Counted from the stretch's first letter, positions 1-10,616 are shown. The stretch: DNA of 64,000 nt from Chlorobiota bacterium (GCA_016710285.1 JADJXR010000001.1:2911942-2975941); one strand, 5' to 3'. The notes: a model not told the origin generated them from the sequence alone. Numbers and translations: made by a program.

Positions 1-230
1 AAGGCACGGTTCAGCATCGTGGGTCGTCTGTTCGGCATACTCATCTTCTCGGAAATTGTGTTTGTTGGACGTGTACTCGGTTGGCCGCCCTTTGTAAACT
101 CGCTCTTCTGCGGGTTGAATGCAATAGCCCAAGAAATTTTCCGCAACCTACGGTCCCATCTGGGCGTAGCGGCCTGCCCAATTCTGCGCCCTTGTTCTTC
201 AACAACCAATTCACAATTCCAACCTCAACA

Positions 231-1232
231 ATGAACCTTCTTATCATTGGTGGAAGCATCTTCCTTGGCAAGCATCTTACCCAGCAGGCGATTGCGCGGG
301 GGCATTCGGTAACGCTGTTCAACCGTGGCATTCACAATCCCGATCTGTTCCCGGAGGCGGCAAAAATCAAGGGGGACCGCAACAGCGATTGCGCCCTGCT
401 GGCCGGCGGGAAATGGGATGCGGTGATTGATACTTGCGGATCGTTCCCCCGGCAAATCACGATGGTGATGGATGCCCTGCGGGGGAACATCGGCCATTAC
501 ACGTTCATCTCCAGCATCAGCGCATTCAGCGATTTCAGCACGCCGGGGATGGATGAATCCGGACCGGTTGGGAGCTTGGACGATGAGACGATGGAGGAAG
601 TAACGTTTGAAAGCTACGGCCCCCTGAAAGTCCTGTGCGAGCGTGCCGTCCAGCAGGCAATGCCCGGACACGCGCTGAATATCCGCCCCGGGCTGATTGT
701 TGGGCGCGATGACTGGAGCGACCGCTTCAGCTACTGGCCCCGCCGGATTGCCCGTGGCGGCCAGGTCCTGCTCCCGGGAAAACCGGAGGCTCCGGTCCAG
801 ATTATTGATGTTGAGGACCTTGCTGCATGGACCCTAAACATGGCTGAGCAGGGGAAAAGCGGGTTGTACAGCGCCACCGGACCTGGCCACCAGCTGACGA
901 TGGCCGACGTTGCCCAAGCGTGCCGCAGCGTAAGCGGAAGCGATGCCACGTTCACTTGGGTTCCCGATGACTTCCTGCTTCGCGAGGGGGTGGGGCAGTG
1001 GATGGAGCTTCCGCTTTGGATTGCCGAGGACCCCGCAATGGCCGGTTTCTCGCGGGTGGATTGCGGGCGCGCCATTGCCGATGGCCTAACCTTCCGCCCC
1101 CTTGCCGAAACCGTTCGGGCCGTTCTGGATTGGAGCGCGACGCTTCCGGCGGATCGCCAACCACGCGCCGGAATCTCTGCCGAGCGGGAAGCGGAGTTGC
1201 TCAAGAAATGGCACGCGGAAGCGGTAGCCTGA
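231..1232 (+). CDS. NAD-dependent epimerase/dehydratase (extended SDR) family protein
   Basis: The ORF track frame 81..1232 begins at TTG. The internal ATG at 231 gives MNLLIIGGSIFLGKHL, a Rossmann GxxGxxG N-terminus typical of the family. Confidence 0.75.
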   Translation: MNLLIIGGSIFLGKHLTQQAIARGHSVTLFNRGIHNPDLFPEAAKIKGDRNSDCALLAGGKWDAVIDTCGSFPRQITMVMDALRGNIGHYTFISSISAFSDFSTPGMDESGPVGSLDDETMEEVTFESYGPLKVLCERAVQQAMPGHALNIRPGLIVGRDDWSDRFSYWPRRIARGGQVLLPGKPEAPVQIIDVEDLAAWTLNMAEQGKSGLYSATGPGHQLTMADVAQACRSVSGSDATFTWVPDDFLLREGVGQWMELPLWIAEDPAMAGFSRVDCGRAIADGLTFRPLAETVRAVLDWSATLPADRQPRAGISAEREAELLKKWHAEAVA

Positions 1233-1268
1233 CACGTGGCGGCGGTGCCGAATCATCGCTGGGTTTGG

Positions 1269-1290
1269 CGGGGAGATTGCCCCGTTTTTT
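1269..1290 (+). terminator. weak rho-independent terminator candidate after the epimerase gene
   Basis: cgggg-agattg-ccccg hairpin followed by a T6 run, about 35 nt after the stop at 1232. A second cccgc-tcg-gcggg plus T-run lies at about 1327-1348. Confidence 0.35.
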
Positions 1291-1576
1291 GCTGAGGTTG
1301 CAACGGCGTTCCCAATCGCAAAAAATCCCGCTCGGCGGGCAATTTTTTCGGCGGTTGGGAAGGCCGTTTTTTCTATCTTTGCGGCGGATGCTTGCGCAGA
1401 GAACAACCACAGAAATCGCCGATTTCTACCATTTTTCAACGCTTCAGCCTCCTTCCGCAGCCACGGGGTTGCGATGGTGGTTGGCGGTTTGCCGTTGCCT
1501 GTTTCGTTAGGCATCCGTTATGGCACTTTGCGGCTTGTAGCAATCAACGTTTTCAATCATACAGAACTGACCCTCC

Positions 1577-4060
1577 ATGGCAACAACGTCCGAACGACTG
1601 GTCCCCATCTCCCTTGAAGATGAGATGCGGAACTCCTTCCTTGATTACTCCTTTTCGGTCATCGTCTCGCGCGCGCTTCCCGACGTGCGCGACGGCTTAA
1701 AACCGGTGCATCGCCGGGTTCTGTACTCCATGTCCGAACTGAGCCTTTCCCCAAACCGTCCGTTCAAAAAATCGGCCCGTATCGTTGGCGAGACGATGGG
1801 GAAGTACCACCCCCACGGCGACGGAGCCATTTACGACTCCTTGGTCCGCATGGCCCAAGATTTCTCGATGCGCCACCCGCTGGTGGATGGGCAAGGGAAT
1901 TTTGGCAGCATGGACGGCGACCCACCAGCGGCCATGCGGTATACCGAGGCGCGCCTTACCCACGTGGCCATGGAGATGCTGCGGGACATTGACAAAAACA
2001 CCATTGACTTCGTCCCCAACTTCGACGACTCCCTTCAGCAACCGGCGGTGCTTCCGGCGAACTTCCCGAACCTTCTGGTAAATGGGGCAAGCGGCATTGC
2101 GGTGGGAATGGCCACCAATATCCCTCCCCATAATCTTGGTGAAGTGGTGGATGGATTGATTGAAATCATCAATAACCCCGAGACCACCATCCAGGAATTG
2201 ATGAAGCACGTGAAAGCCCCTGACTTCCCGACCGGCGGAATCATCTACGGCTACGAAGGCGTTGCCGAGGCATTCCAAAGCGGGCGCGGGCGCGTGGTGA
2301 TGCGCGCACGGGTGAACACCGAGGTGCTGAAATCGGGGAAGGAGCAGCTGGTGATTACCGAGTTCCCCTACCAAGTCAACAAGGCCCAGTTGATTGAGAA
2401 AATTGCCGATCTGGTCAGGGAAAAACGGCTGGAGGACATCTCCAACGTCCGCGACGAATCGGACCGCGACGGCGTGCGGGTGGTGGTGGAACTGAAGCGG
2501 GACGCAACCCCAGAAGTGGTGCTGAACAACCTGTACAAACACACCCAAATGCAGCAGACGTTTGGCGTGATTATGCTGGCACTGGTGGATGGCCGCCCCC
2601 GCGTGCTGAACCTGAAGGAGGTGATGGAGTACTTCCTGAAGCACCGCAACGAGGTGATTGTCCGCCGCACCCAATTCGACCTTGAGGCTGCCGAACGCCG
2701 CGCCCATATCCTTGAGGGCTACATCATCGCCCTGGATAACATTGACGCGGTGATTGAGACGATCAAAAAATCGAAGGATGTGGAGACCGCAAAAGCAAAC
2801 CTGATGAGCCGTTTTGGATTGTCGGAAATCCAGGCCAAGGCCATTCTGGATATGCGGTTGCAACGCCTTACCGGGTTGGAACGCCAGAAAATCGAAGATG
2901 AGTACCGCGAGACCATCAAGCTGATTGAACGGCTGCGCGCAATTTTGGGGTCCAAGGACCTGCAGATGGAGATCATCCGCACCGAGCTTCTGGAGCTGAA
3001 GCAGAAATACGACAACCCCCGCCGGACCGAGATCATCTACGATTATCGTGACTTCACGATCGAGGACATGATTGCCGAGGAGGACATGGTGGTCACCATC
3101 AGCAACAACGGGTTCATCAAGCGGTTCCCGGCAAGTGGCTACCGCCGCCAGCTTCGCGGGGGGAAAGGGGTGACAGGGATGCAAACCCGCGAGGATGATT
3201 TCATCGAGCACGTGTTTGTTGGGTCCACCCACCATTACCTTGTGTTCTTCACCGACCGTGGCCGCTGTTTCCGGGTGAAAATCTACGAGATACCGGAGGC
3301 CGGGCGCGCCGCAAAAGGCCGCTCGCTTGCCAACTTACTTCCGAAGGAGAAGGATGAGAACATCACTGCCGTGATGGCCGTGCGTGGGTTTGCCACCGAG
3401 GAGTTCGTCTTCATGGTGACGCAGAAAGGGACGGTGAAGAAAACGCCGCTGAAAGATTTCGCGAACATCCGTTCCAACGGGATCATCGCCATTAACCTTG
3501 CCGACGGCGATAACCTTGTGGAAGCCCGTTTAACCGACGGGACCAACGACATCGTTATCGGGACCCACCAGGGAATGGCCGTCCGGTTCCGCGAAACCGA
3601 CGTGCGCGACATGGGCCGCCAGGCCGCAGGGGTCCGCGGGGTGACGCTTGCCAACAACGATTTCGTGATCGGCATGGTGGCCGTCAAACGGACCGAATCG
3701 AACCTTCTGGTGGTGGCCGAAAACGGCTACGGCAAACGGAGCCAGGTTGCCGATTTCCGCCTGACGCGGCGTGGCGGAAAGGGGGTGATCTCCATGAACA
3801 CTACCGATAAAACTGGCAACGTTATCTCCATGCGCGAAGTGGTGGATGCCGACGACATCGTGGTGATGACCAAAGGGGGGATGGTGATCCGGCAGCACGT
3901 TGCGGAAATTCGCGTGCTTGGCCGCAACACCCAGGGGGTCCGGCTGATCCGTTTGAACGAAGGCGACCAAATCACCGGGGTGGCCATTGTGGCTTCCGAG
4001 GAAGGAGCGGAGGGAGGAAACGGCGGAAATGGAGAAGAAAACGGCGATTCGGCAGAATAA
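1577..4060 (+). CDS. gyrA: DNA gyrase subunit A
   Basis: 827 aa. N-terminal [29 protein letters not shown] hallmark with the active-site region, and a C-terminal beta-pinwheel repeat region. Confidence 0.97.
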   Translation: MATTSERLVPISLEDEMRNSFLDYSFSVIVSRALPDVRDGLKPVHRRVLYSMSELSLSPNRPFKKSARIVGETMGKYHPHGDGAIYDSLVRMAQDFSMRHPLVDGQGNFGSMDGDPPAAMRYTEARLTHVAMEMLRDIDKNTIDFVPNFDDSLQQPAVLPANFPNLLVNGASGIAVGMATNIPPHNLGEVVDGLIEIINNPETTIQELMKHVKAPDFPTGGIIYGYEGVAEAFQSGRGRVVMRARVNTEVLKSGKEQLVITEFPYQVNKAQLIEKIADLVREKRLEDISNVRDESDRDGVRVVVELKRDATPEVVLNNLYKHTQMQQTFGVIMLALVDGRPRVLNLKEVMEYFLKHRNEVIVRRTQFDLEAAERRAHILEGYIIALDNIDAVIETIKKSKDVETAKANLMSRFGLSEIQAKAILDMRLQRLTGLERQKIEDEYRETIKLIERLRAILGSKDLQMEIIRTELLELKQKYDNPRRTEIIYDYRDFTIEDMIAEEDMVVTISNNGFIKRFPASGYRRQLRGGKGVTGMQTREDDFIEHVFVGSTHHYLVFFTDRGRCFRVKIYEIPEAGRAAKGRSLANLLPKEKDENITAVMAVRGFATEEFVFMVTQKGTVKKTPLKDFANIRSNGIIAINLADGDNLVEARLTDGTNDIVIGTHQGMAVRFRETDVRDMGRQAAGVRGVTLANNDFVIGMVAVKRTESNLLVVAENGYGKRSQVADFRLTRRGGKGVISMNTTDKTGNVISMREVVDADDIVVMTKGGMVIRQHVAEIRVLGRNTQGVRLIRLNEGDQITGVAIVASEEGAEGGNGGNGEENGDSAE

Positions 4061-4208
4061 TTAGCCGTTTACAATTCTTTTGTTGCATTCGTGGGGGTTG
4101 TGGGCGTATCATTGCAGCCCTTTTCCGCAGAACAGTAGTGCCACTTACCGGGCTGCGGAACGTGCCGAACGGCAAAGCCCAGGGCTTTGCCCCCAACCCC
4201 GGCAACAA

Positions 4209-4293
4209 GCAGGAGTGGCGGAATAGGCAGACGCACCAGACTCAAAATCTGGCGGGCTCAACACCCGTGGGGGTTCGACTCCCCCCTCCTGCA
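4209..4293 (+). tRNA. tRNA-Leu (anticodon CAA), class II with long variable arm
   Basis: Cloverleaf folded by hand. Acceptor GCAGGAG/CTCCTGC, anticodon stem CCAGA/TCTGG with loop CTCAAAA, T arm GGGGG-TTCGACT-CCCCC, discriminator A. Confidence 0.85.
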
Positions 4294-4532
4294 CACCAGA
4301 GCGCGACCAGTACGAACACGGGCAATCAACCGTAGCTCTTTTTCAGCAAGTTCCCATAATGGTCTAGAAACGGAAGACGGGCGGCTTCCCGCAAGGGGGT
4401 CGCCCTCTTTCGTGAACAACCAAGAAACAATTGCAAGATGTGCAGTGCTTGGCAAAGGGACACTGGTCGGTGTATCTTTGCCGTCCTTATTCTGCACACA
4501 GCTTTAACAACCGACGTAGACCGGAGGCAGCC

Positions 4533-4703
4533 ATGGCAAAAACGCAAACGTTCCAAGATAAGAACAAGAAGAAAGGCGCATCGGACAAGATTTCCGTGAA
4601 AATCGTCACGATGAACAAGTCCAATCGGGGCACTTACACCTTTGGCGAGCGATTCATCCAGGTGAAGGACCTTGCCGAAGTTGAGAAAGCAGTGAAAGGC
4701 TAA
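4533..4703 (+). CDS. small basic DUF4295-like protein
   Basis: The ATG at 4533 within ORF 4431..4703 gives MAKTQTFQDKNKKKGA...VKIVTMNKSNRGTYTFGERF. This resembles the DUF4295 proteins that sit beside ribosomal protein genes in FCB-group genomes. Confidence 0.55.
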   Translation: MAKTQTFQDKNKKKGASDKISVKIVTMNKSNRGTYTFGERFIQVKDLAEVEKAVKG

Positions 4704-4732
4704 TCACTTTTTTTGAAAGGGGCTGAACCATA

Positions 4733-4963
4733 ATGAAAGAGAAAATTCATCCGACCTATGTTGCCGCGCAGGTAAGCTGCGTTTGCGGAGCCGTGTTTGT
4801 TACCCGTTCCACCATTGGCAACATCAAGCTAGAAATCTGCTCCGAGTGCCACCCGTTCTTCACCGGGCGCCAGAAGATGATTGATACCGCCGGACGCATT
4901 GACCGCTTCAACCAGCGGTTCCAACGCTCCAAAGATATCCGCGCTTCCAAGCAGAACTCGTAA
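4733..4963 (+). CDS. rpmE: 50S ribosomal protein L31
   Basis: MKEKIHPTY...[28 protein letters not shown] is the canonical L31 sequence with a Cys motif. Confidence 0.95.
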   Translation: MKEKIHPTYVAAQVSCVCGAVFVTRSTIGNIKLEICSECHPFFTGRQKMIDTAGRIDRFNQRFQRSKDIRASKQNS

Positions 4964-5007
4964 ACCAGCGATACGAACAACTCAGAACTTCCATATTTCA
5001 GGCTACC

Positions 5008-5295
5008 GTGAATCCACGTAATAATCGTCGCGATCAAAACAACCTTCCCGATGGTGCGCTTCGCCAGCAAAAACGTGCCGAGCCGCCGCGCCGCCGCCGG
5101 AACCCGCTGAAGGGGATCGAGTACATTGACTACACGAACACCAAGCTGCTGCTTCGCTTCACCAACGACCAAGGGAAAATCCTCCCGAAGCGTATCACCG
5201 GGCTTACCGCAACGCAGCAGCGCGCATTAACCCGCGCCGTGAAGTACGCACGCCACCTTGCCCTGCTTCCGTTCGTCACCGACGACGCTCGCTAA
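5008..5295 (+). CDS. rpsR: 30S ribosomal protein S18
   Basis: GTG start. IDYTNTKLLLRFTNDQGKILPKRITGLTATQQRALTRAVKYARHLALLPF is the canonical S18 core. Confidence 0.93.
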   Translation: MNPRNNRRDQNNLPDGALRQQKRAEPPRRRRNPLKGIEYIDYTNTKLLLRFTNDQGKILPKRITGLTATQQRALTRAVKYARHLALLPFVTDDAR

Positions 5296-5358
5296 GCCAA
5301 GATGTGCGCCAAAACAGCGTAGCCTGAAAAGTTTTTCGCAGGTTATTGAGCTTCATTG

Positions 5359-5398
5359 CAAGCCGCAGGATCATCGTCTCCTGCGGCTTGTCTCGTTT
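5359..5398 (+). terminator. rho-independent terminator after rpsR
   Basis: Perfect 12-bp stem caagccgcagga / tcctgcggcttg with an 8-nt loop, followed by tctcgtttct. Confidence 0.65.
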
Positions 5399-5481
5399 CT
5401 GGTCCTTGCTGCGGAACGGCGGCCAATTCCGTGCTATCTTCCCAGCCAATTCCTCTCCCGTTTGCAATCGTCTGGCGTCCC

Positions 5482-8400
5482 ATGTCCATTCCTTCTGCTG
5501 CCATTCCTTCCATTGATCGCTTCGTTCGCAGCGGCGCGCTTCCGTTTGTGGGGCGCGTGGCGGAGCTTGAGCAGATTTCCCAACTATGGAGCCATGCCGA
5601 GCCGGCCACGCTGCGAGCAATGCTGGTTGTTGGCGAAGCGGGGAGCGGAAAAAGCCGCCTTGTTGAGGAAGCAATTCGGCGCATTGCCGCTGCCGATGGC
5701 GCGGTGGTTCACGCAAGGCTCCGCCCGGAAGAATCTGCCTCGATTGGGCCGGTGCTGGCCCTGGCAATGTGGGGGTCGGAATCGGCTGGGGGGCTGCTGA
5801 AGCAGGAGCCGGAAGGGACAATCCCCGCCGCCGCCGCCGCGCTGCAACGGATTGCCGGATTGCGGCGCACCTTGCTGGTGATTGAAGATATCCATCTGCT
5901 GCAGGGGGCCACGCTTCGCGAGTTCGCAATGCTGCTTGATTCCCTTGCCGACGACTCTCTGGCCTTGCTCTGCACGTCGCGCCCTGCGGACCTTGAAGCA
6001 CGCCAACCGTTGCAGCCCTTTCTTCAAAAGGAGGTTGCCCTTGCTGGATTGGAAGGCGAAGCCCTTTCCGAACTTTGGGATCAACTGTTCGGCGGCAATG
6101 CCGACCCGCAAGCCTTGCGGTCCATGGAGCGGGCAACGCTGGGCAATCCGCTGGCGTTCCGCTCGGCACTTCGCGGTGCAATCAACACCGGGGCAATGCG
6201 GATGGACGAACGCACGAACGCCTGGCGCGTTAGCCTTGCTCCGGCAGCCTTTGCCGAAGTGGTGGAGCGGACCGCCCAGCGAATCTCCGAAGGGATGATT
6301 GCCCACCTTTCCGATGAAGAGCTTCACGCCGCACAGCTGCTTGCGGTTTTGGGCGAGTCGTTCTCCTTCGAGGCCGCCACGCTGCTGCTTCCCAATGTTG
6401 GCCCAATGGTGGAGCAACTGATGGAGCAAGGGGTGATTGTTCGCCCGCACACAGCTTCCCACACGTTGAACGGTGTGGCAAGCGCGCAGCCTCCGTTCGC
6501 GTTTGTTCATACCCTGCTTCACCGTTCGTTGTGGGAGCGGGCCGCGCCGCCGTTCCGGAGCATTGTTGCGTTGCTTACCGATTCCCCGCCCCTCTTTTCG
6601 GTGCGCCCGTTCCAGCTGCTGGCCGAGCGTGCGCTGCCCCAGCCGTTACCGCAATCGCTGGCCGAGCGTGCGATTGCCGCTTTGCTGCCGGCAGCTTCCG
6701 CGCTGGACCATTCTGCCGATTGGCCCTATGCCCTAACCATCTATCATGCCTGCGAAGCCATTTACCAAGCGGTGGATGGATGGGAAAACCGCACCGACCA
6801 ACACCGTGTTCGGATTGAACTGCTGATGCGTGGCGTAAACCAGCTTCGCACCCGTAACGCGCCGGAGGCCTATGCCGGAATGATTGATGAGATCATGGAG
6901 ATTTCGGCAACGCTTCTTGATGATGGCTATCCAACGGCGCGGATGTACGCCTTCCCATTCCAGCAAGAATATCTGTGGCGCTGCCAGGGTCCCGCCTATC
7001 TGAACGTTTGGGATCAGGTCCAGGAGCTTTGCCGCAGCCACCCCGAGGTCCGGTATGATTTCCCGTATCTAGAGTTCCTGGGCCAGGCGATGCACTTCGC
7101 GATTATCGAGCCAGACCTTGAGCGGATGGGGATTATTGAGCAGGAGATTGACGAGCTGATGGCCAGCGAACAGGCCACCGAGCCGTTCAAGAACCATGCG
7201 CTGCTTCACGTTGCGCGTTACCTGATCCTGAAGTTCGACACCCTTGAGGAACTGGCGCGGCGGCAGCGGCTGCGCCAGCAGCTTGACGCGCTGGATGATG
7301 GCGATTTGCGCAACCGCCCGTGGGTTCTGGAATTCCTGTTCACCACCGGCGCCCCCTCCGAAACAATCGCCCAGTCCGACCGCCTGGTCCGCTACTTCCG
7401 CGACGCTGCCTACTGGCAAAGTTTCTATTCCGCCATGCTGCTGAAGCTGGCTTCGCTGGCGTTGATGGGGGCTGCGGCAACGGAACTTCAATCGCTGCTT
7501 GCGGCGTTGCCGAACTGGGGGAATTTGGACCAGGAATTGCACGGACTTGTTGCCCGCCGCTGCTGGGATATCTGCCTTGCGCTGGCCTTGCGGTTTGACA
7601 TTGAAGGGGCAATGGAAATGGCGGCATTCTTCCAGCTTGAGCTTGGCGATGCACCCCTTTCGCAAAGGCTTTTCTGGCAACGCTGCGCCGCTTCCGGTGG
7701 TGAGGTTCCTGATGAATTCATGGAGGAGGGGGGGGAGGAGCATCCATTGTTGAGGTTGTGGAAAGCCAGCACGCTTCCGGTGGAGCCAGCCACGATGGAG
7801 ATGGAAGTGGAGATGAAAATGGAGATGGCGCGGGAGCTTCTGCATCGGCCAATCCTTCGCATCTACGACCTTGCCGACCGCTACACCTTCCTGGCCATTG
7901 CGCAGCAAGCCGAGCAGGAAGGGAATCCGTGGGCCGCCACCAAGGCTGCCGAAGCCTTGCGGCAAATGGGAATACGGAGCTTGGTCGAGTGGTTTGTGGA
8001 GCATGGAATCCACACGCCGATTGAGCCGTTGTTGGACCGCTACGGCAGCCACCTTCCCAAAGAAGAAGCCACCCGATGGTTGCGCGCCGGGCGGGCAATG
8101 GCAAAAAATGCCGAAGGCAATCAACCCACGGCCACCCCTCCCGAGCCGGCCTTGCGGGTTGGAATGTTTGGCAAGATTACAACCCAACCACGCGGAGCCG
8201 CCGAGCCAAGCCGGCTGCGTGGTGCCAGGAACCAAGCCCTGCTGGGGCTGCTGGTTGCCGATGCGATGCTGCGCGAGCCGTTGGAGAGGATTGATTTTTG
8301 CCGGCTTGCAACCAACGATTCCGAGGACCCCGACCGCGCACGCCGCTCGATGAACGTTGCGGTGCTTCGCCTGCGCGAGGCGATTGGGACGGAGATGATC

Positions 8401-8826
8401 CTGACCGACGGCGACACCCCACGCCTGAACCGTGAACTTTGCCACGTTGACATTCTGGATGCCTACGCCGCGCTTCGCCAAGCCCGGCAGGCGCTTCGCG
8501 AAGGGGGCGTTGCCGATGCCTTGCGGAGCATCCAACAGATGCTGGCGCTGTGGCGCGGCCAGGTCCCTTTCCCGGGGTTGTATGATGAGTTCTACGAAAG
8601 CCTTCGCGAAGAATTTGAGAGCCGTGCCCGCAGCACCGCCGTGGCCGTTGCCAAACGATTGCTGAACGAAGATGACCCAGCCGGAGCCGAGCAGCTGTTG
8701 CAGCAAACCTTTTCTATTTTGCCGGAAGATGAAGAGGTTGGGAACCTTCTTCAATCCGCACTGCTTCGCCAGGGGAAGCTGGCCGACACCCAATGGGTGG
8801 CCATGAAGGCGGAGGAGAACGAGTAG
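5482..8826 (+). CDS. large STAND-like AAA ATPase regulator with C-terminal SARP-like (winged-helix + BTAD) module
   Basis: ATG at 5482, downstream of the rpsR terminator. FVGRVAELEQ...VVGEAGSGKSRL is an AAA_16-type Walker A. A long helical middle region follows. The C-terminus, LDAYAALRQARQAL...LALWRGQVPFPGLYDEFYESLREEFE, looks like a bacterial transcriptional activator domain. Confidence 0.7.
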   Translation: MSIPSAAIPSIDRFVRSGALPFVGRVAELEQISQLWSHAEPATLRAMLVVGEAGSGKSRLVEEAIRRIAAADGAVVHARLRPEESASIGPVLALAMWGSESAGGLLKQEPEGTIPAAAAALQRIAGLRRTLLVIEDIHLLQGATLREFAMLLDSLADDSLALLCTSRPADLEARQPLQPFLQKEVALAGLEGEALSELWDQLFGGNADPQALRSMERATLGNPLAFRSALRGAINTGAMRMDERTNAWRVSLAPAAFAEVVERTAQRISEGMIAHLSDEELHAAQLLAVLGESFSFEAATLLLPNVGPMVEQLMEQGVIVRPHTASHTLNGVASAQPPFAFVHTLLHRSLWERAAPPFRSIVALLTDSPPLFSVRPFQLLAERALPQPLPQSLAERAIAALLPAASALDHSADWPYALTIYHACEAIYQAVDGWENRTDQHRVRIELLMRGVNQLRTRNAPEAYAGMIDEIMEISATLLDDGYPTARMYAFPFQQEYLWRCQGPAYLNVWDQVQELCRSHPEVRYDFPYLEFLGQAMHFAIIEPDLERMGIIEQEIDELMASEQATEPFKNHALLHVARYLILKFDTLEELARRQRLRQQLDALDDGDLRNRPWVLEFLFTTGAPSETIAQSDRLVRYFRDAAYWQSFYSAMLLKLASLALMGAAATELQSLLAALPNWGNLDQELHGLVARRCWDICLALALRFDIEGAMEMAAFFQLELGDAPLSQRLFWQRCAASGGEVPDEFMEEGGEEHPLLRLWKASTLPVEPATMEMEVEMKMEMARELLHRPILRIYDLADRYTFLAIAQQAEQEGNPWAATKAAEALRQMGIRSLVEWFVEHGIHTPIEPLLDRYGSHLPKEEATRWLRAGRAMAKNAEGNQPTATPPEPALRVGMFGKITTQPRGAAEPSRLRGARNQALLGLLVADAMLREPLERIDFCRLATNDSEDPDRARRSMNVAVLRLREAIGTEMILTDGDTPRLNRELCHVDILDAYAALRQARQALREGGVADALRSIQQMLALWRGQVPFPGLYDEFYESLREEFESRARSTAVAVAKRLLNEDDPAGAEQLLQQTFSILPEDEEVGNLLQSALLRQGKLADTQWVAMKAEENE

Positions 8827-8905
8827 CCGATTGGGCATTTTGAACCGCACCCGATCACTGGCCGGGTGTGGCAACGGAATCAATCAAACCTTGGAGCAAA
8901 AAAAT

Positions 8906-9763
8906 ATGCGTTGGAGAGACTTACGCCAAAGCAGCAATATCGAAGATCAACGGGGGCAGGGGGGACCGCGGCGCGGACTGGCTGTTGGTGGTGGGATGGG
9001 GGCAATCGTGATTGCCTTGCTTGCCTACTTCTTGGGGGTTGACCCCGGGGCAATGACCGACCAAGCCCCGATGCTTCCTTCCCCTTCCAGCAGCGAAGCA
9101 ACGCGCCCAATCAATCCGGATGATGACTCGGCCAAAGCCTTTGTTTCGGCAGTGCTGGGGAACACCGAAGACGTGTGGTCGGGGATTATGCAGCGCCAGG
9201 GCGAAGCCTATCGCCAGCCGCGGTTGGTGCTTTTTTCGGACCAGGTGCAATCGGCCTGTGGGGTGGCTGGCGCATCGGTGGGACCGTTCTACTGCCCCAT
9301 GGACCAGAAGGTCTATATTGATCTCTCCTTCTTCCGCGAGCTGCGCAGTCGGTTCCGCTCGCCGGGGGATTTTGCCCAAGCGTACGTTATCGCCCACGAG
9401 GTTGGGCATCACGTCCAGAATCTGTTAGGGATTTCTGAACGGGTCCACCGCCAGCAGCAACGGGTTGGGAAGACCGCCGCCAACGAGCTTTCGGTGCGGC
9501 TTGAGCTGCAGGCCGATTATTTGGCCGGCGTGTGGGCCCACCATGCGCAGAAGCAAGGGCTGTTGGAAATTGGCGACATCGAAGAAGCCCTCCGCGCCGC
9601 CACCGCCATTGGCGACGACCGCTTGCAGATGGAGGCGCAAGGCTACACCGTCCCCGATGCCTTCACCCACGGAACGTCCGAGCAGCGCGCCCGCTGGTTC
9701 CGCAAGGGGTTGGAAAGCGGGACGTTGGAAGGGGGCGACACCTTCTCCGCACGGGATTTATAA
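8906..9763 (+). CDS. neutral zinc metallopeptidase, YpfJ family
   Basis: ATG at 8906 gives MRWRDLRQSSNIEDQRG, followed by a TM segment, HEVGHHVQN (HExxH) and a C-terminal FTHGTSEQRARWF motif. Confidence 0.85.
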   Translation: MRWRDLRQSSNIEDQRGQGGPRRGLAVGGGMGAIVIALLAYFLGVDPGAMTDQAPMLPSPSSSEATRPINPDDDSAKAFVSAVLGNTEDVWSGIMQRQGEAYRQPRLVLFSDQVQSACGVAGASVGPFYCPMDQKVYIDLSFFRELRSRFRSPGDFAQAYVIAHEVGHHVQNLLGISERVHRQQQRVGKTAANELSVRLELQADYLAGVWAHHAQKQGLLEIGDIEEALRAATAIGDDRLQMEAQGYTVPDAFTHGTSEQRARWFRKGLESGTLEGGDTFSARDL

Positions 9764-9791
9764 AAAGCCGCAGCCGCGCAGAAACTGGGGG

Positions 9792-10538
9792 ATGTTACAG
9801 CCCTCCGTTGGCTGCGTCAGGCAAGGGAGCGCGCAACCGAAAACCGTTCCCGAATACTCCGCACACATCGCGTTGAACTCCCAACACCAAATACGAACCT
9901 CCATCGCCGCCGATCTGAGCGATGAAACGCTGTTCGAGCAGTTCCTGCTTGGCAGCGAGCAAGCGTATGTTGCGCTGTACGAACGCTACGATAAAGGCAT
10001 CCTCACCTATTTACGCACCGTCCTGAAGGATGCCCCCGACGCTGCCGAGGACCTGTTCCAGGAGACGTTCGTGAAGCTGTTCCGCGAGCGGGGACGGCGG
10101 CAGGAGATTCTGAACCGTGGCGAGGAATACCGCCCGGTGCAGAACTTCCGGGGATGGCTCTTCCGGGTTGCCCACAACTTGGCGATCAGCTTCCACCGCT
10201 CCAACCGCCCCACGGTTTCCCTCACCCCCGACGACGATGAAGAAGCAAGCCGCTGGGACGAACGCCTGATGGTCCCCATCGAGGAATCGTTCTCGCAGTT
10301 GTACGGCGAAGATGACCTGTTCGCCAACGAGACGATCTACAAGCAACTGCGGGTGGCGATTGAGCTTCTGCCGCAATCGCTGCGGGATGTGTTCGTGCTG
10401 CGGGAGGTAAACGGGATGGAGTATGAGGAGGTGGCCGCCACGGTTGGCTGCACCCAAGAAGCCGCACGGATGCGGATTAGCCGCGCCCGCCGCGCGCTTC
10501 GCAAAGCATTGGAAAAATTTTTGGTGAGAGATGAGTAA
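9792..10538 (+). CDS. ECF-type RNA polymerase sigma-70 family factor
   Basis: Region 2 (DLFQETFVKLFRER...FRGWLFRVAHNLAISFHR) and region 4 (YEEVAATVGCTQEAARMRISRARRALRKAL). The start is uncertain: ATG 9792 or in-frame TTG 9873. Confidence 0.8.
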   Translation: MLQPSVGCVRQGSAQPKTVPEYSAHIALNSQHQIRTSIAADLSDETLFEQFLLGSEQAYVALYERYDKGILTYLRTVLKDAPDAAEDLFQETFVKLFRERGRRQEILNRGEEYRPVQNFRGWLFRVAHNLAISFHRSNRPTVSLTPDDDEEASRWDERLMVPIEESFSQLYGEDDLFANETIYKQLRVAIELLPQSLRDVFVLREVNGMEYEEVAATVGCTQEAARMRISRARRALRKALEKFLVRDE

Positions 10539-10616
10539 CCCAGGGCGATTGCAACACAGCAGAGTTCTTATTCCATTGGCATTTAACGCTTCAATCAGCG
10601 TTCCCAAAACAGCACG

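Noticed and set aside
81-230. N-terminally extended starts offered by the ORF track (81, 5356, 8831, 9465, 12630, 17679, 37946, 40940, 43228, 49013, 57403, and on the minus strand 28799, 37476, 48030, 49030, 60587, 63129).
   Set aside because: The extensions begin at TTG/GTG or distant ATG codons, overlap upstream genes or terminators (for example 5356 lies inside the rpsR terminator), and encode non-homologous junk. Internal ATGs give canonical N-termini or signal peptides.
1697-3235. Long antisense or alternative-frame ORFs opposite well-supported genes. Examples: 1697..3235(-), 7069..8883(-), 13730..14680(-), 18685..19758(+), 22539..23660(+), 30187..31683(+), 33046..34284(+), 37973..39892(-), 43302..44489(-), 59652..60959(+), 60940..62484(+).
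   Set aside because: High GC suppresses stop codons in non-coding frames. These translations are Arg/Gly/Pro/Ala-rich with no recognisable motifs, and each overlaps a gene with clear family signatures on the other strand or frame.
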